A DNA stretch of 64,000 nucleotides from Octopus vulgaris (GCA_951406725.2 OX597828.1:39618001-39682000); one strand, 5' to 3'; shown: positions 1-11,637, counted from the first letter of the stretch. The notes: generated from the sequence alone by a model not told the origin. A program made the numbers and translations.

Positions 1-5
1 AATAG

Positions 6-37
<32 letters not shown>

Positions 38-414
38 ATAAGCAAATTTTCGACCGAGGATCAAAGGGACAATACTAATAGTAATAATAATAAATAAATA
101 ATAACAGCTCAACCACAACATTAGATTAGAAAGACACTCTTATCTTGGGAACATTTCGTTCTTCGGCCTGACACGGGAATATGACGGGCTGGCTTAAAAA
201 ATGCTCTTAGCAAAGGAAGAGGGGGGATGGCAGACAGCGTAAAAGAGGGAGACAGAGAGAGAAAGAAGGGAAATAGCGGAACCCCGCGGAAATGGGCCGC
301 CATTGAAAAAACCCCTGTATGGAGAAATAATATGCAATACGAGGCGAAGCTGAAAATAGTAATAATAATAATAATATTATGAGGATGATGATGATATATA
401 TATATATATATATA

Positions 415-590
415 CTAGCAGGTAAGCTCGGTTTCACCCGGTCTGTTTGGATGATGTGGCTGTGATCGTTTTCGGTTAGGCATAATCTATAACAGTATTT
501 CTCAACCTTATCATTTTCGGTCCCCTATTTCGATTGGAGCCTCAGCTGTATGAAAATTTCCTGACCCACCCCTTGTCAGAAAACAGCTTC
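415..590. mobile_element. Possible Helitron-like non-autonomous element end
   Basis: Begins ACTAGCAG..GCTCGGTTTCACCCGG right after (TA)n. A similar ACTAGCAATATTGCCCGGCTTTG start occurs at ~48202. Resembles Lep1-type Helitron termini from memory. Confidence 0.35.
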
Positions 591-591
591 A

Positions 592-2850
592 GGAGTTTGA
601 ATGGGATAAAGAGAGTCTGCCGAATGTTGACCCAACAGAGGGACCAGCTATCCGAGTTGATAGTTCCGTGGTAGCTAAGGCAATTAGAAGCATGAAGACA
701 GGGAAAGCCCCAGGCCCATCAGGAATTACTGCAGAGATGCTCAAAATATCTGGCAGTGTCGGCTATAGCCTAGTCACCCGTATAGTCAACCAGGTGATAC
801 ACGAAGGAGTCATACCCAATGACTGGTGTAGCAGCATACTAGTCAACTGCTACAAAGGTAAAGGTGATGCCCTAGATACAAATAATTACAGAGGTATCAA
901 GCTGTTGGATCAGGTAATGAAGGTTACGGAGAGGGTCATAGTCCAACTAATTAGAGAGAGAGTTAGGTTAGATGAGATGCAGTTTGGGTTCGTGCCAGGG
1001 AAAAGCACCACTGATGCTATATTCCTGTTAAGGCAGCTGCAGGAGAAATACCTAGCCAAAGATAAGCCCCTGTACCTGGCTTTCGTTGACATGGAGAAAG
1101 CCTTTGATAGGGTCCCCCGATCCCTTATCTGGTGGTCACTGAGGAAACTAGGGATCGATGAATGGCTGGTGAGGGCTGTGCAAGCCATGTACAGAGATGC
1201 CGTAAGTAAGGTTAGGATTGGCAACATGTACACAGAAGAATTCAAAGTAGAGGTTGGGGTCCACCAGGGTTCAGTACTCAGCCCCCTCCTATTTATCATA
1301 GTCCTCCAGGCAATAACAGAGGAATTCAAGACAGGTTGCCCCTGGGAGCTCCTCTATGCTGACGACCTTGCTCTAATTGCTGAGTCACTATCAGAACTGG
1401 AGGAGAAGTTCCAGGTGTGGAAGGAGGGTTTAGAATCGAGGGGCCTTAGAGTCAACCTAGCTAAAACCAAAGTACTAATAAGTAGACAGGTAGACAATCC
1501 ACAAATGTCTTCAGGAAGATGGCCCTGCTCGATCTGTAGAAAAGGTGTAGGTAGAAACTCTATAAGATGTACCCAGTGTAAGCTATGGACACATAAGAGG
1601 TGCAGCAATGTCAAAGGTAGGCTAACTGGGAAGATAGTTTTTGTATGTGGCAGATGCTCGGGAGCATTGACCTCCGAAAATCTGTAGAAAACAACTTCCG
1701 TCACTTTCCAGGGGGAAAAACTAGAAGTAGTTGATTGCTTCCATTATCTAGGTGACCAAGTCAGTAGTGGGGGTGGGTGCGCTGAAAGTGTAACTGCTAG
1801 AATAAGAATAGCCTGAGCAAAATTTAGGGAGCTCTTACCTCTGCTGGTGACTAAAGGCCTTTTGCTCAGAGTAAAAGGCAGACTGTATGATGCATGTGTA
1901 CGAACTGCCATGCTACATGGCAGTGAAACATGGGCCGTGACTGCTGAGGACATGCGTAAGCTCATGAGGAATGAAGCCAGTATGCTCCGATGGATGTGTA
2001 ATGTCAGTGTACTTACTCGACAGAGCGTTAGTACCTTGAGAGAAATGTTGTACCTAAGAAGCATCAGTTGTGGTGTGCAAGAGAGACAATTGCGCTGGTA
2101 TGGTCATGTGGCGAGAATGGATGAAGATAGGTGTGTGAGAAAGTGCCAATCCCTAGCAGTTGAGGGAACCCGTGGAAGAGGTAGACCCAGGAAAACCTGG
2201 GACGAGGTGGTGAAGCACGACCTTCGAACGTTAGGTCTCACCAAGGAAATGACTAGAGACCGAGACCTATGGAAGTATGATGTGCGTGAGAAGACCCGGC
2301 AAGACTAGTGAAGCCATAACCCGTGGCCCCTACCTGGGACGTAGTCAGTCCACCTGTGCATACCTTCCTTCTTGTGACACTTGTGAAGACCTGTTGAGGC
2401 AAGTGAAAATCAAACCAAATCAAAATAGATGAACATCAATGGAATTTATATCTTTGTGGTACCAGTGCCGGTGGCACATAAGAAAAACCATCCGAACGTG
2501 GCCGTAGCCAGTACCGCATCGACTGGCCTCCGTGCTGTGGGCACGTAACAAACACCATCCGATCATGGCTGTTCGCCAGCCTCGTCTGGCACCTGTGTCG
2601 GTGGCACATAAAAACACCATCCGAGCGTGGCCGTCTGCCAGCCTCGTCTGGCACCTGTGTCGGTGGCACATAAAAACACCCACTACACTCTCGGAGTGGT
2701 TGGCATTAGGAAGGGCATCCAGCTGTAGAAACACTGCCAGATCTGACTGGCCTGGTGCAGCCTTCGGGCTCGCCAGACCCCAGTTGAACCGTCCAACCCA
2801 TGCTAGCATGGAAAGCGGACGTTAAACGATGATGATGATGATGATGATGA
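592..2850 (+). mobile_element. RTE-clade LINE, 5'-truncated, RT ORF with two in-frame stops, array-containing 3' UTR and (GAT)n tail
   Basis: ORF 668-1687 has non-LTR RT motifs (KAPGPSGI, NYRGIKLL, QFGF, AFVDMEKAFDRV, GVHQGSVLSP, LYADD). It continues in frame past TAG 1685 and TGA 1814 to RTE-typical HGSETW and RGRGRPRKTW, stop at 2308. Tail ends GGACGTTAAAC(GAT)n. Confidence 0.93.
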
Positions 2851-3776
2851 AATGGATGTGTGTGTGTGCATCCATGCATGTGTGTTGTCATCATATAAAA
2901 TTTTTACAATAGTTGATTTATGGAAAAGATTATGTTAAATTTTTGAAATGCAAATATGTTAATGAAAATTAAGTTCAGACCTCTACGTGGTAGCTAGACC
3001 TGGTAGAAATAGCAGCCAAATCTCCCTCAAAACACCTTACTGTCTCAATCCAACAATTCTGCCTATTATGTAGTTTGAATGAGAAACTGTAACTAAAGAT
3101 TAAGATTATTAACCTCGCAAAGAGGTGAAAGAACATAATGAAAGTTTTGGCTGACTGTCATTCTGTACTCCCCTTGTTGCTAACGAAATAGCCGGCTGTG
3201 TGAGCAACTGGTTGTTTTAATGGCAGAACAGACAGAGGAATTCCATCAGCAAAAGTTTTAATCGATTTTCTCGGTAACTATGGGGACTAGGAAAGAAATA
3301 CAAACTGCATTCCAATCTATGCACCCATCTCCACATGTGTGCCATTTTTCACTCCATTCCACCCAGCCGTTTGGCTGTGAACCTCAAGACAAGAAAGAAT
3401 ACGATCGCCCATGTCCAATTTATATTATATATATAGCGTTTAACTGTTACTTGCATTTTTTGCTAACACTGAGGAGGTGAGTCAACAAGATTACATAATG
3501 TTTCAACAAATAGTTATGCAATCCTGGTAGAAATTTGAAGAGATGTGTGTATATTTTATAACGCATAAAATACCATATGTTCCCTACATTTTATGAATAC
3601 AATTACATGGTTCATATTTAGCACACTAGCCTATCCTGTGGATTGATGCCCCTACATCATACTGTAATAGATATGAGTGGAGTGTGGGTTCTACTACTCA
3701 GCCTGAATTTGGTTACACGTCAAACTTCACAGTACAAATATATTTCTCTCTCTCTCTTCCTACGTGTGTATGTTTG

Positions 3777-3811
<35 letters not shown>

Positions 3812-3839
3812 GCATGTATATGTATACACAAACACACAC

Positions 3840-4200
3840 ATCATCATCATTATTTAACGTCCGTTGTCCATGCTGGCATGGGTCGGATAGTTTGACCAGA
3901 GCTGGCTAGTTGGGGATCTGCACCAGACTCCAGTCTGCTTTGGCATGGTTTCTATGGCTGCATGCCCTTCCTAATGCCAACCACTTTACAAAGTGTGCTG
4001 GCTGCTTTCATATGGCACCGCATGGGCACTTTTACATGGCACCACATGGATGCTTTTACACGGCACCACATAGGCAGCTTTAACATGGCACTTTTATGTG
4101 ACACTGTCACAAGGCCTTTACACCACCAGAGGGACTGGTCTTAACACTTCTGCTGTGGAGTACAGGTCTTCTTGAGTACAGCAAGATGCCAAGCATCTTG
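3840..4200 (-). mobile_element. RTE 3' end fragment with short tandem units
   Basis: Reverse complement of the RTE tail (AGGAAGGGCA..CCCATGCCAGCATGGACAACGGACGTTAAAT..GAT) followed by ~24-bp TTTTACATGGCACC units at 4005-4100. Confidence 0.75.
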
Positions 4201-4214
4201 GTCCTTTGTCATCT

Positions 4215-4840
4215 CACCTACCTGACCACAGCTGTCTTAACCCACTGAGTCACTGTGGTCAGACCTCCAAGTCTAAAGTGTGGGATTAGATTGCATGGCT
4301 CTCACTTTAACACTAAGCACAGGCAGGGAGAAAACCCATGCAGTGATGGAGAAGCATTGAAAGTGACAGGTACTGGCAACCACAGGCTCAACTCTACATG
4401 TAGGCAGTCTCTATCTTCCTCATAACATTCAGGCATATAAAAAAAAAAAACTGCCATCAAACAGTTACTCGACCCAGATTAGAAGTTTACTGGGAAATGC
4501 AACAAACTGTCTAAGCACCAATCTTGAGAAATTAGGCTTCTCAAAACTAGAAAGAAGAAAGCTGATTCCAAGACTACAAATCCAAGCTATTACTGGAACT
4601 GTAAAAGTTAGTAAAATTTTCCAAAGGTTTACCATCTAAACATACAACTATACACACGAGAAAACATACATAAAACAAAACATACAAACCTACACAAACA
4701 CTGACTCCAAATACTGCACACACACATACTAAAATACCCTGTTGATGTTGATGAAATTCCAAAGAATGAGTTTTGGATCTAGGTTAGAAACTGGCTCTTT
4801 CTCTATTGGCAAGAAATCTTGAAATAAAACTGAATAATAA
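4215..4840 (+). mobile_element. Degenerate 3' end of a restriction-like-endonuclease non-LTR element (R4/Dong-like)
   Basis: Translates in part to NLEKLGFSKLERRKLIPRLQIQAITGTVKVSKIFQRF, resembling RLE-element C-termini. Ends in a short (AAT)n tail. Confidence 0.45.
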
Positions 4841-5364
4841 TATAAACACACACATACATTAATAAAAGAAAAATAAATAAATTCTTAGGTTGTTGTTTTT
4901 CTCATATATAAATATTCTGGTGAATCTGGAATCACATGGGTAGAACATATGTATCTGTTTCTGAAACAGGTTAGGTTAAACTTAAAAATTTAAGGCTAGG
5001 CAGGTTAGTAGGTACTCAGTAATGTTAATATGTATTACCATAATGAATCATATTTAAATTTATCTTTCAACGGATAATAGCTAATCTGAAAATACTTAGT
5101 AACAGATAAAATTACACACACATATGCACACCGAATGCCAAATACACCCACACGTGTACACAAACTATATAACACCAACAATTTTGTATACAGCAACTGA
5201 AATAAATTTAATTACAAACATATGTTTGAAAGATGTTCCAGACATGACCACTGTGACATTTTTCAAGCGGAATTTGGTTGAAGTTACCTTTATACATAAT
5301 GTATACTTCCCTCTTTCAGAGAGGTTTAGCTGCTGTTTCTAGCAGATTGGGTGACTGTGTAGAA

Positions 5365-5576
5365 CAGCGTTTCTCAACTGGAGTCCATATAAGATTTTGT
5401 AGTTAAAAGGTTATACCTCCACAACACTTTTAGCAATTTTTTTTCATACATTTCCTAATAATATTTAACTATAAAAATATAATAGGATTTTTTAAACATC
5501 AAATGGCTATGAGGCTTCATCTATGTAAAATAAGAATCAGTGGGGTCCTCAGGCAAAAAATGACTGAGAAACAGTG
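5365..5576. mobile_element. hAT (Charlie/Buster-like) MITE
   Basis: Termini CAGCGTTTCTCAAC / GACTGAGAAACAGTG. Perfect 8-bp TSD GTGTAGAA at 5357-5364 and 5577-5584 with central TA. Confidence 0.85.
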
Positions 5577-6354
5577 GTGTAGAAGATCTCTCCTTAGATT
5601 AGTAGAGTAGATTTTGGCTATGAAACAGAATAATATTATCTCTCAGATCCATTTCTTGTAGCTACCACCACGAGCTGTATTAAATACCATCAGATAAACT
5701 TGTACATTGTTTTATAACACACACACACATACACACACACATTTGTGGCACAATGTCTGTTTTGGCATGGTTTCTATGGCTGGATGTCCTTCCTAATGTT
5801 AATCACTTTACAATGTATACTGGATGTTTTCTTTGTGATACCAGCACCAGTGAGGTTTCTGTGCAAGAGTAAAACTCATTTTGACTGAGTGGGGCTACAG
5901 GAGAGAAGCGAGCAACTTGAAACCTTGCTAAATCAAAAGTGAGCCTGGTGCGGCCTCCTGGCTTGCCAGTCCCTAGTCAAACCGTCCAACCTATGCCAGC
6001 ATGGAAAACAGACGTTAAACAATGATGATAATGAATGGAAGATTAAGATGTGAGAGAAGGTGCCAGAACAAAATAGGTTTCTTGCTGTAGAGGAACTACA
6101 TGACTACTTACATTATAGAAGAGAGGATAGGATTGACCAAGGTAGAGCTGGAAGGTCATAGAAATAGTGATGATGATGAGTCATGGTAGACTCAAGAGAT
6201 GAGTTGAAGTGAGTGAAGCATGGAGATTGTGTGCATGTGTGTAAATATATAAGAACAAAAATGTTTCCCCTATAAGATGTGGTGAACTTATAGCAGTGTG
6301 CCTGAGTAACAGCTTACAGTTTCATCATAGCCTCAAACATGACTTCATGTTTGA

Positions 6355-6414
6355 GGCTCTGATGAAGCTGTAAGGTGTTACTCAGGCATCTTATAGTGGA
6401 AACAGCTGTAAGCT
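6355..6414 (+). ncRNA. Type I hammerhead ribozyme motif (Penelope pLTR type)
   Basis: GCT-CTGATGA-A-GCTGTAAGGTG..CATCTTATAGT-G-GAAA-CAGCTG-TA-AGC: stem I GCT/AGC, 11-bp stem II with GU pairs, palindromic ACAGCTGT stem III, GUA cleavage triplet. Confidence 0.75.
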
Positions 6415-6551
6415 AATGAAGTTCATAAAATAATCATTATTCCTTTGTCATCTCTTTTCCCCTCTGTACTCGACTAACACATTGTTCAAAAGGATACGTA
6501 TATTGAGTTCTACACCAGGTTATTAGTATCACAATGCTTAAGTAAAATATA

Positions 6552-6766
6552 CAGGGTTGGTCAAAAGTCACCTGACAGTAAATCAAAACCATTTAATTCC
6601 AGATTAAAACAAAAAATTATTTTATATGAAACTCTGCTAATAAATAGACAAATGTTGATAAAAACTGGTGATTTTAATTCACAGCATTCATAATTAGAAT
6701 GAATAAATAAAATTGAATATTAAGTATTTATGGAATTTACTCTCAGGTGACTTTTGGCCAACCCTG
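6552..6766. mobile_element. Tc1/mariner-type MITE
   Basis: TIRs CAGGGTTGGTCAAAAGTCACCTGA / TCAGGTGACTTTTGGCCAACCCTG, flanked by TA on both sides. Confidence 0.85.
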
Positions 6767-7419
6767 TATGTATATATGACACTGTCATGTATCTATTTCA
6801 TATCAAATATACAAGATATATAAGAAAATTAGGTGAGTTCTGGCGTGACACAATAAACACTGATTTGAGAAGGGTGATAAAATTCTGTACTGAATACCCC
6901 ACCCAAACACAAGTCAGTATAAGAAAAGAACGACGTCTTTGTTTGAGTTGTGTATGGCTGAGTGAAGATAAATTAGTTCACAATGTGTTTGAGTAGATAT
7001 ATAAAGTAGATAGCGAAACAGGGTTTGACAAACATTACCATGAGATGAAAGTAGAGCTTTACTCGAACAAAATAGATCTAGGATTAAACGATATTCCACT
7101 TATAAAACTAAGAAACTTAGATCACAGTTTAATAAGAAAGAGCCAATGAGCTACTGACATTAATATCTACACGGAAGGAAATAGTTAGTGACCACGCCAA
7201 ATAAGTATGAGAAAATATTTTGACAAAGTGATGTAATATTTCCCCATCAACATTTTAACACCCACTTTTCCAAGCTTGCACAGTCAGATGGAATTTGTTG
7301 ACACATGTTCTCTGTGGCTAGGTGCTCTTCCTGTTGTCAACCATCAACTACTTCCAAGTAAGGTAATATTTCCCCCCCGCGGTCAGACATGCTTTTCACA
7401 GAAGACGGGAAACAAAGGA

Positions 7420-7965
7420 CACTGCTCATAAACCCACACACCCCTCCCCCACATACCCCACCCTCTGCCTACCCACAAACCCCAGCTGAACCCACACCCC
7501 ACCCGTGCTTTCCCCGCTCTCACCTCCCCCACCTTCCAACATCACACCACACCACACTACACCATACGACATTACACATCACATCACAACACACCACCCT
7601 CACACCCATCCCCACATCTTCACACCTACACATACACACACACGTCCAGACCATCAGCCCTCTTTCACACGCACATACATACTCTCTTATACATACACAC
7701 ACCTTTGTGTTGGGGGTCATCTTTACCTTGTTATTTCCCCTACTTTCCTTCCTGTGTTTGACCCTTCTGTCCAGCACTAGCCGCCATGATAGATCGTTAG
7801 CCACTACACACAATATTTTCTCACCTTGTTTTTTCTGTGTCCCTTTCTGCAGAAGAGCGTAGGCTAGAAACGTAAAAGACTTTTTCTATTCCTGAGCGTT
7901 ATACTAATACATCTGTTTGTTTTGTACACCTCCTGTCTTCGTCTTTTGTTTTTTTCGTAAACTCT

Positions 7966-7968
<3 letters not shown>
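7420..7968 (+). mobile_element. Penelope-like pLTR fragment with CA-rich body and degenerate minimal hammerhead (7843-7878)
   Basis: CTTT-CTGCAGA-A-GAGC-GTAG-GCTA-GAAA-CG-TA-AAAG. Downstream TTCCTGAGCG..AATAC..TTTGT is shared with copies at 9777-9905 and 39741-39960. Ends in (TA)n. Confidence 0.6.
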
Positions 7969-8009
<41 letters not shown>

Positions 8010-8090
8010 AGGCCCCGGGTTGAGTCGGGGTTAACCACAGTAAATAAGGTACTCAATACAGCAGAGTAAAGTAATTTATTTTATAGAAGG

Positions 8091-8141
8091 AGCTTCTACA
8101 GGACTAGAACTGTTTCATTCAGATGAAATCTTCAGGAAGCT
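8091..8141 (-). ncRNA. Type I hammerhead ribozyme motif with complete three stems
   Basis: Minus strand AGCTTC-CTGAAGA-TTTCATCTGAAT-GAAA-CAG-TTCTAGTC-CTG-TA-GAAGCT: 6-bp stem I, stem III CAG/CTG, GUA site. First stem II pair is U-U. Confidence 0.75.
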
Positions 8142-8610
8142 GGCTGTCAAAATAAGGTCTGGTATTTATACATTTAGGCAGATTTAATGGGGTGGTGGTG
8201 GGGGACGTTTTTTGGGTAAGTTGGTATTTAGGAGATAAACAGGGCACAGGCTATTGTTCTTAGGGGAGTGGTCAAAAGGCCAGAGAGTTTTTTGAAATGA
8301 GAAGAATCAGTGAGAAAGTAAATAAATGAATAAATAGAATAATTGAATAGAATCAGATATATGGGATGGGGTTTTAGGTAAATTAGAAGACAATTGCTTT
8401 TTGGTGGTCAAGAGGAGGTATTCAGTTTGTTAAGTGGAGGGAAGAAGTAGATAAATATACATGAAAAAACATATAAAATAAATATACATACAAACACACA
8501 TACATACACATGCGAATATACATATATATACATACATACGCACATGTATATACATACAAACACACACACACATACATACAAATACACACACACACACATA
8601 TATATATATA

Positions 8611-9028
8611 CTCTTTACTCTTTTTACTCTTTTACTTGTTTCAGTCATCCGACTGCGGCCATGCTGGAGCACCGCCTTTAGTCGAGCAAATCAACCCCGG
8701 GACTTATTCTTTGTAAGCCCAGTACTTATTCTATCGGTCTCTTTTGCCGAACCGCTAAGTGACGGGGACGTAAACACGCCAGCATCGGTTGTCAAGCAAT
8801 GCTAGGGGGACAGACACACAAACACACACACATACAAATACATATATATATATATACATATATACGACAGGCTTCTTTCAGTTTCCGTCTACCAAATCCA
8901 CTCACAAGGCATTGGTCGGCCCGGGGCTATAGCAGAAAACACTTGCCCAAGATGCCACGCAGTGGGACTGAACCCGGAACCATGTGGTTGGTTAGCAAGC
9001 TACTTACCACACAGCCACTCCTGTGCCT
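8611..9028 (-). mobile_element. tRNA-derived SINE, family A, full length
   Basis: Head GGCACAGGAGTGGCTGTGTGG (A box)..GGTTCAGTCCC (B box), CTTGGGCAAGTG core, internal (TA)/(TG) tract, tail GGCGGTGCTCCAGCATGGCC..GAAACAAG(TAAAAGAG)n. Confidence 0.9.
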
Positions 9029-9034
9029 ATGCGC

Positions 9035-9069
<35 letters not shown>

Positions 9070-9170
9070 TACATATATATATACACATATACACATACAT
9101 ATACGCACACACACGCACATATATATCTATATATCTATATGTATATATCTATATATATATCTATATATCT

Positions 9171-9240
9171 ATATGTTTCGGGCCTTTATTAGACGGATTT
9201 ATAACAATGCATAATGTGTGTCTATGGCCTTCTTCAGCCG
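9171..9240 (-). ncRNA. Truncated hammerhead core in a short insert between (TA)n tracts
   Basis: Minus strand CTGAAGA-A-GGCC-ATAGAC..GTCTA..GGCC-C-GAAA-CATA, then runs into microsatellite. The 3' strand of stem I is missing. Confidence 0.5.
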
Positions 9241-9370
9241 CGCGCACAATTACTACCTCAAGGACATGTATTACATCAAAAATTCTATGTTGGGGATGCA
9301 AATCCTCTCATTCGCGTATGATATAATGCGGCAACAGCACAAAAATGAAGCGTCCATCTCGTCCTTCTCT

Positions 9371-9373
<3 letters not shown>

Positions 9374-9424
<51 letters not shown>

Positions 9425-9775
9425 ACATATATATATATCTACCTCTATATATATATCTACCTCTATATATATATATATCTACCTTTATATATATATATAT
9501 ATCTACATCTATATATATATATATCTACATCTATCTATATATATATATCTACCTCTATATATATATATCTACATCTATATATATATATATATATATCTAT
9601 ATATATATCTACATCTATCTATATATATATATATATCTATATCTATATATATATATCTATATATATATATCTATATCTATATCTCTCTCTCTCTATATAT
9701 ATATATATATCTATATCTATCTCTCTCTCTATATATATATATCTATATCTATATATATATATATATATATATATA
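9374..9775. repeat. Compound (TA)n/(TC)n microsatellite
   Basis: About 400 bp of TA with interspersed TCTAC/CTCT variants. Confidence 0.95.
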
Positions 9776-9776
9776 A

Positions 9777-10900
9777 AGTTAATTCAAACAAGAAAACAAA
9801 AAGACAACAACACAAGGATGTGGAACAAATAAAGTATTATTGGACGCTCAGGAAAGAAGGGAGAAGGAGGGTTTGACGTTTCGAGCGGAGCTCTTCGTCG
9901 GAAACATATGAGTAAAGAAAGATACCGAGACGGGAGGACAGAGGAAAAAAAATTGCAGGTAGTATTCACGAGGTCACATACTAAAAAGACGGAAGTGGTA
10001 AAAATGGAGGAAAATGTTTTTAAAAACAAGAGAGCTGAATCAAAGAAGGAATGGTAAAAAAGGTGTGCGAGATGACAAGGGTGTGTGTGTGAGTGTGTGT
10101 GTGTATGTGTGTGTATGGTGGACAATGGCTAGTAGCAGGCAGTAGTAGAATTAAGGAGTGATGTGGGGGCGTACCCTAGCAAGTCAGGAAGGCAGGTCAG
10201 AAACAGGGAGGTATGTGTGTGTGCGTGTATATGTATCGTGTGTGTGTTTTGTTGTAGTATGTGTGTGTGTACGTGTGCATTATTTTGTGTGTATGGCGAG
10301 TAACTGTGCTTAACTTAGTGTATGTGTGTGTGTGTGTGCTTGTACGTGCGTGTGTGTGTATATATACGTATGTATAATTGTGTGCTTGTATGTATGTGTG
10401 TGCGTGTATGTATGTGTATGCGTGTATGTATGGTTGTGTGCCATATGGGATGTATGTGTGGGTTCATTTGTGTGTGCGTGTGTATGTATGTGCGTGTATG
10501 TGTGCGTTTGTATGTGTGTGTGTGTAAGCGTAAATGGATGTATATGCGTGCATCCATGGGGTTGTGAGTTTCTTTTTGCGCGTGTGTGTGCGTATGTATG
10601 TGTGTGTCTGCGCTTATATGTGTGTTTATATGTTTATATGTGTGTATATATATGCATGCAAGGACACACTTCGCAACTGAAAGATTGATGGAAAAGACTC
10701 TCGCGGTGCCGGGCGCATGCGAATCTACAGGCACACACGCACATGCCCAGACGTACGCCCGAAATAAAGTCAGACCCCACAGGCATGCGTGCATGCATGT
10801 ATGTATGTGTGCGTGCACGCGCGTGCATGCATGTGTGTGCATGTGCATGCGAGTGTGTATGTAGGTATGTGTGTGTGTATGTGTGTGTGTGTGTATGTAT
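9777..10900 (-). mobile_element. Penelope-like pLTR element with minimal hammerhead (9871-9905) and CA-rich body
   Basis: Minus strand GTTT-CCGACGA-A-GAGC-TCC-GCTC-GAAA-CG-TC-AAAC. Same family as 7420-7968 and 39741-39960. Abuts (TA)n. Far boundary uncertain. Confidence 0.6.
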
Positions 10901-11041
10901 GTATGTGTGTATGAATGTATGTATGTGTGTATGAATGAAAGTATGAATGTATGTATGTATGTATGTGTGTGTACGTATATCTATATCTATATATATATAT
11001 ATATATCTATCTATCTATCTATATATATATATATATATATA

Positions 11042-11072
<31 letters not shown>

Positions 11073-11637
11073 CTTTTAAATTCATTTATGGGGAACATTT
11101 TGAATATGCAAATAAGACTACTATCCCATTAAGCTGGCTACAACCTAATAATGCCAACTGGCAATACCAGTTCTTTTGGGTCCCACCTAATGTAGGATGA
11201 GTATAGTAATAAATTTCACCCAAAGAAATGAATGAAAGAACATAACATAACTGTTTTGCTTCGAACGTGTAATGTTTGGTCAGCCCATTTATTAAACATA
11301 ATTCAACAAATGGACATACAGACAAACAAAAGAAAGAAAAGAAGGAAGGAGGAAGAAGAAAGAAAAATAAATACCCACCTACCTACCTACCCAATATACT
11401 ATGTCAGTTTAAACACTTGTTAGACACGTCCAGCCTAATGACGCACCACCACATCAACAACCATGGTAATGATGATGACGATGATGATGATGATGATGAC
11501 AATGGAAATTAGGTTTGCCTTTCGTCTTTCTGTGAGTCAATAAAATAACATACCAGTCATGTACTGGTGTTGATGTACTTGACTAACACCCTCCTCTCAA
11601 AATTCAAGGCATTGTGCCTATGGCAGAAACAAATATT

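Noticed and set aside
910-2064. Antisense ORFs over the RTE (and over the CR1 at 32856-33598)
   Set aside because: Shadow ORFs of the RT coding frame.
2461-2681. CRISPR-like repeat/spacer appearance
   Set aside because: The spacers are homologous to each other, the context is a eukaryotic LINE 3' UTR, and there are no cas genes.
8408-11200. Many long ORFs rich in YI, CV and HT repeats (also 35609-36249 and 53594-54080)
   Set aside because: They are translations of TA/TG/CA microsatellites, which lack stop codons.
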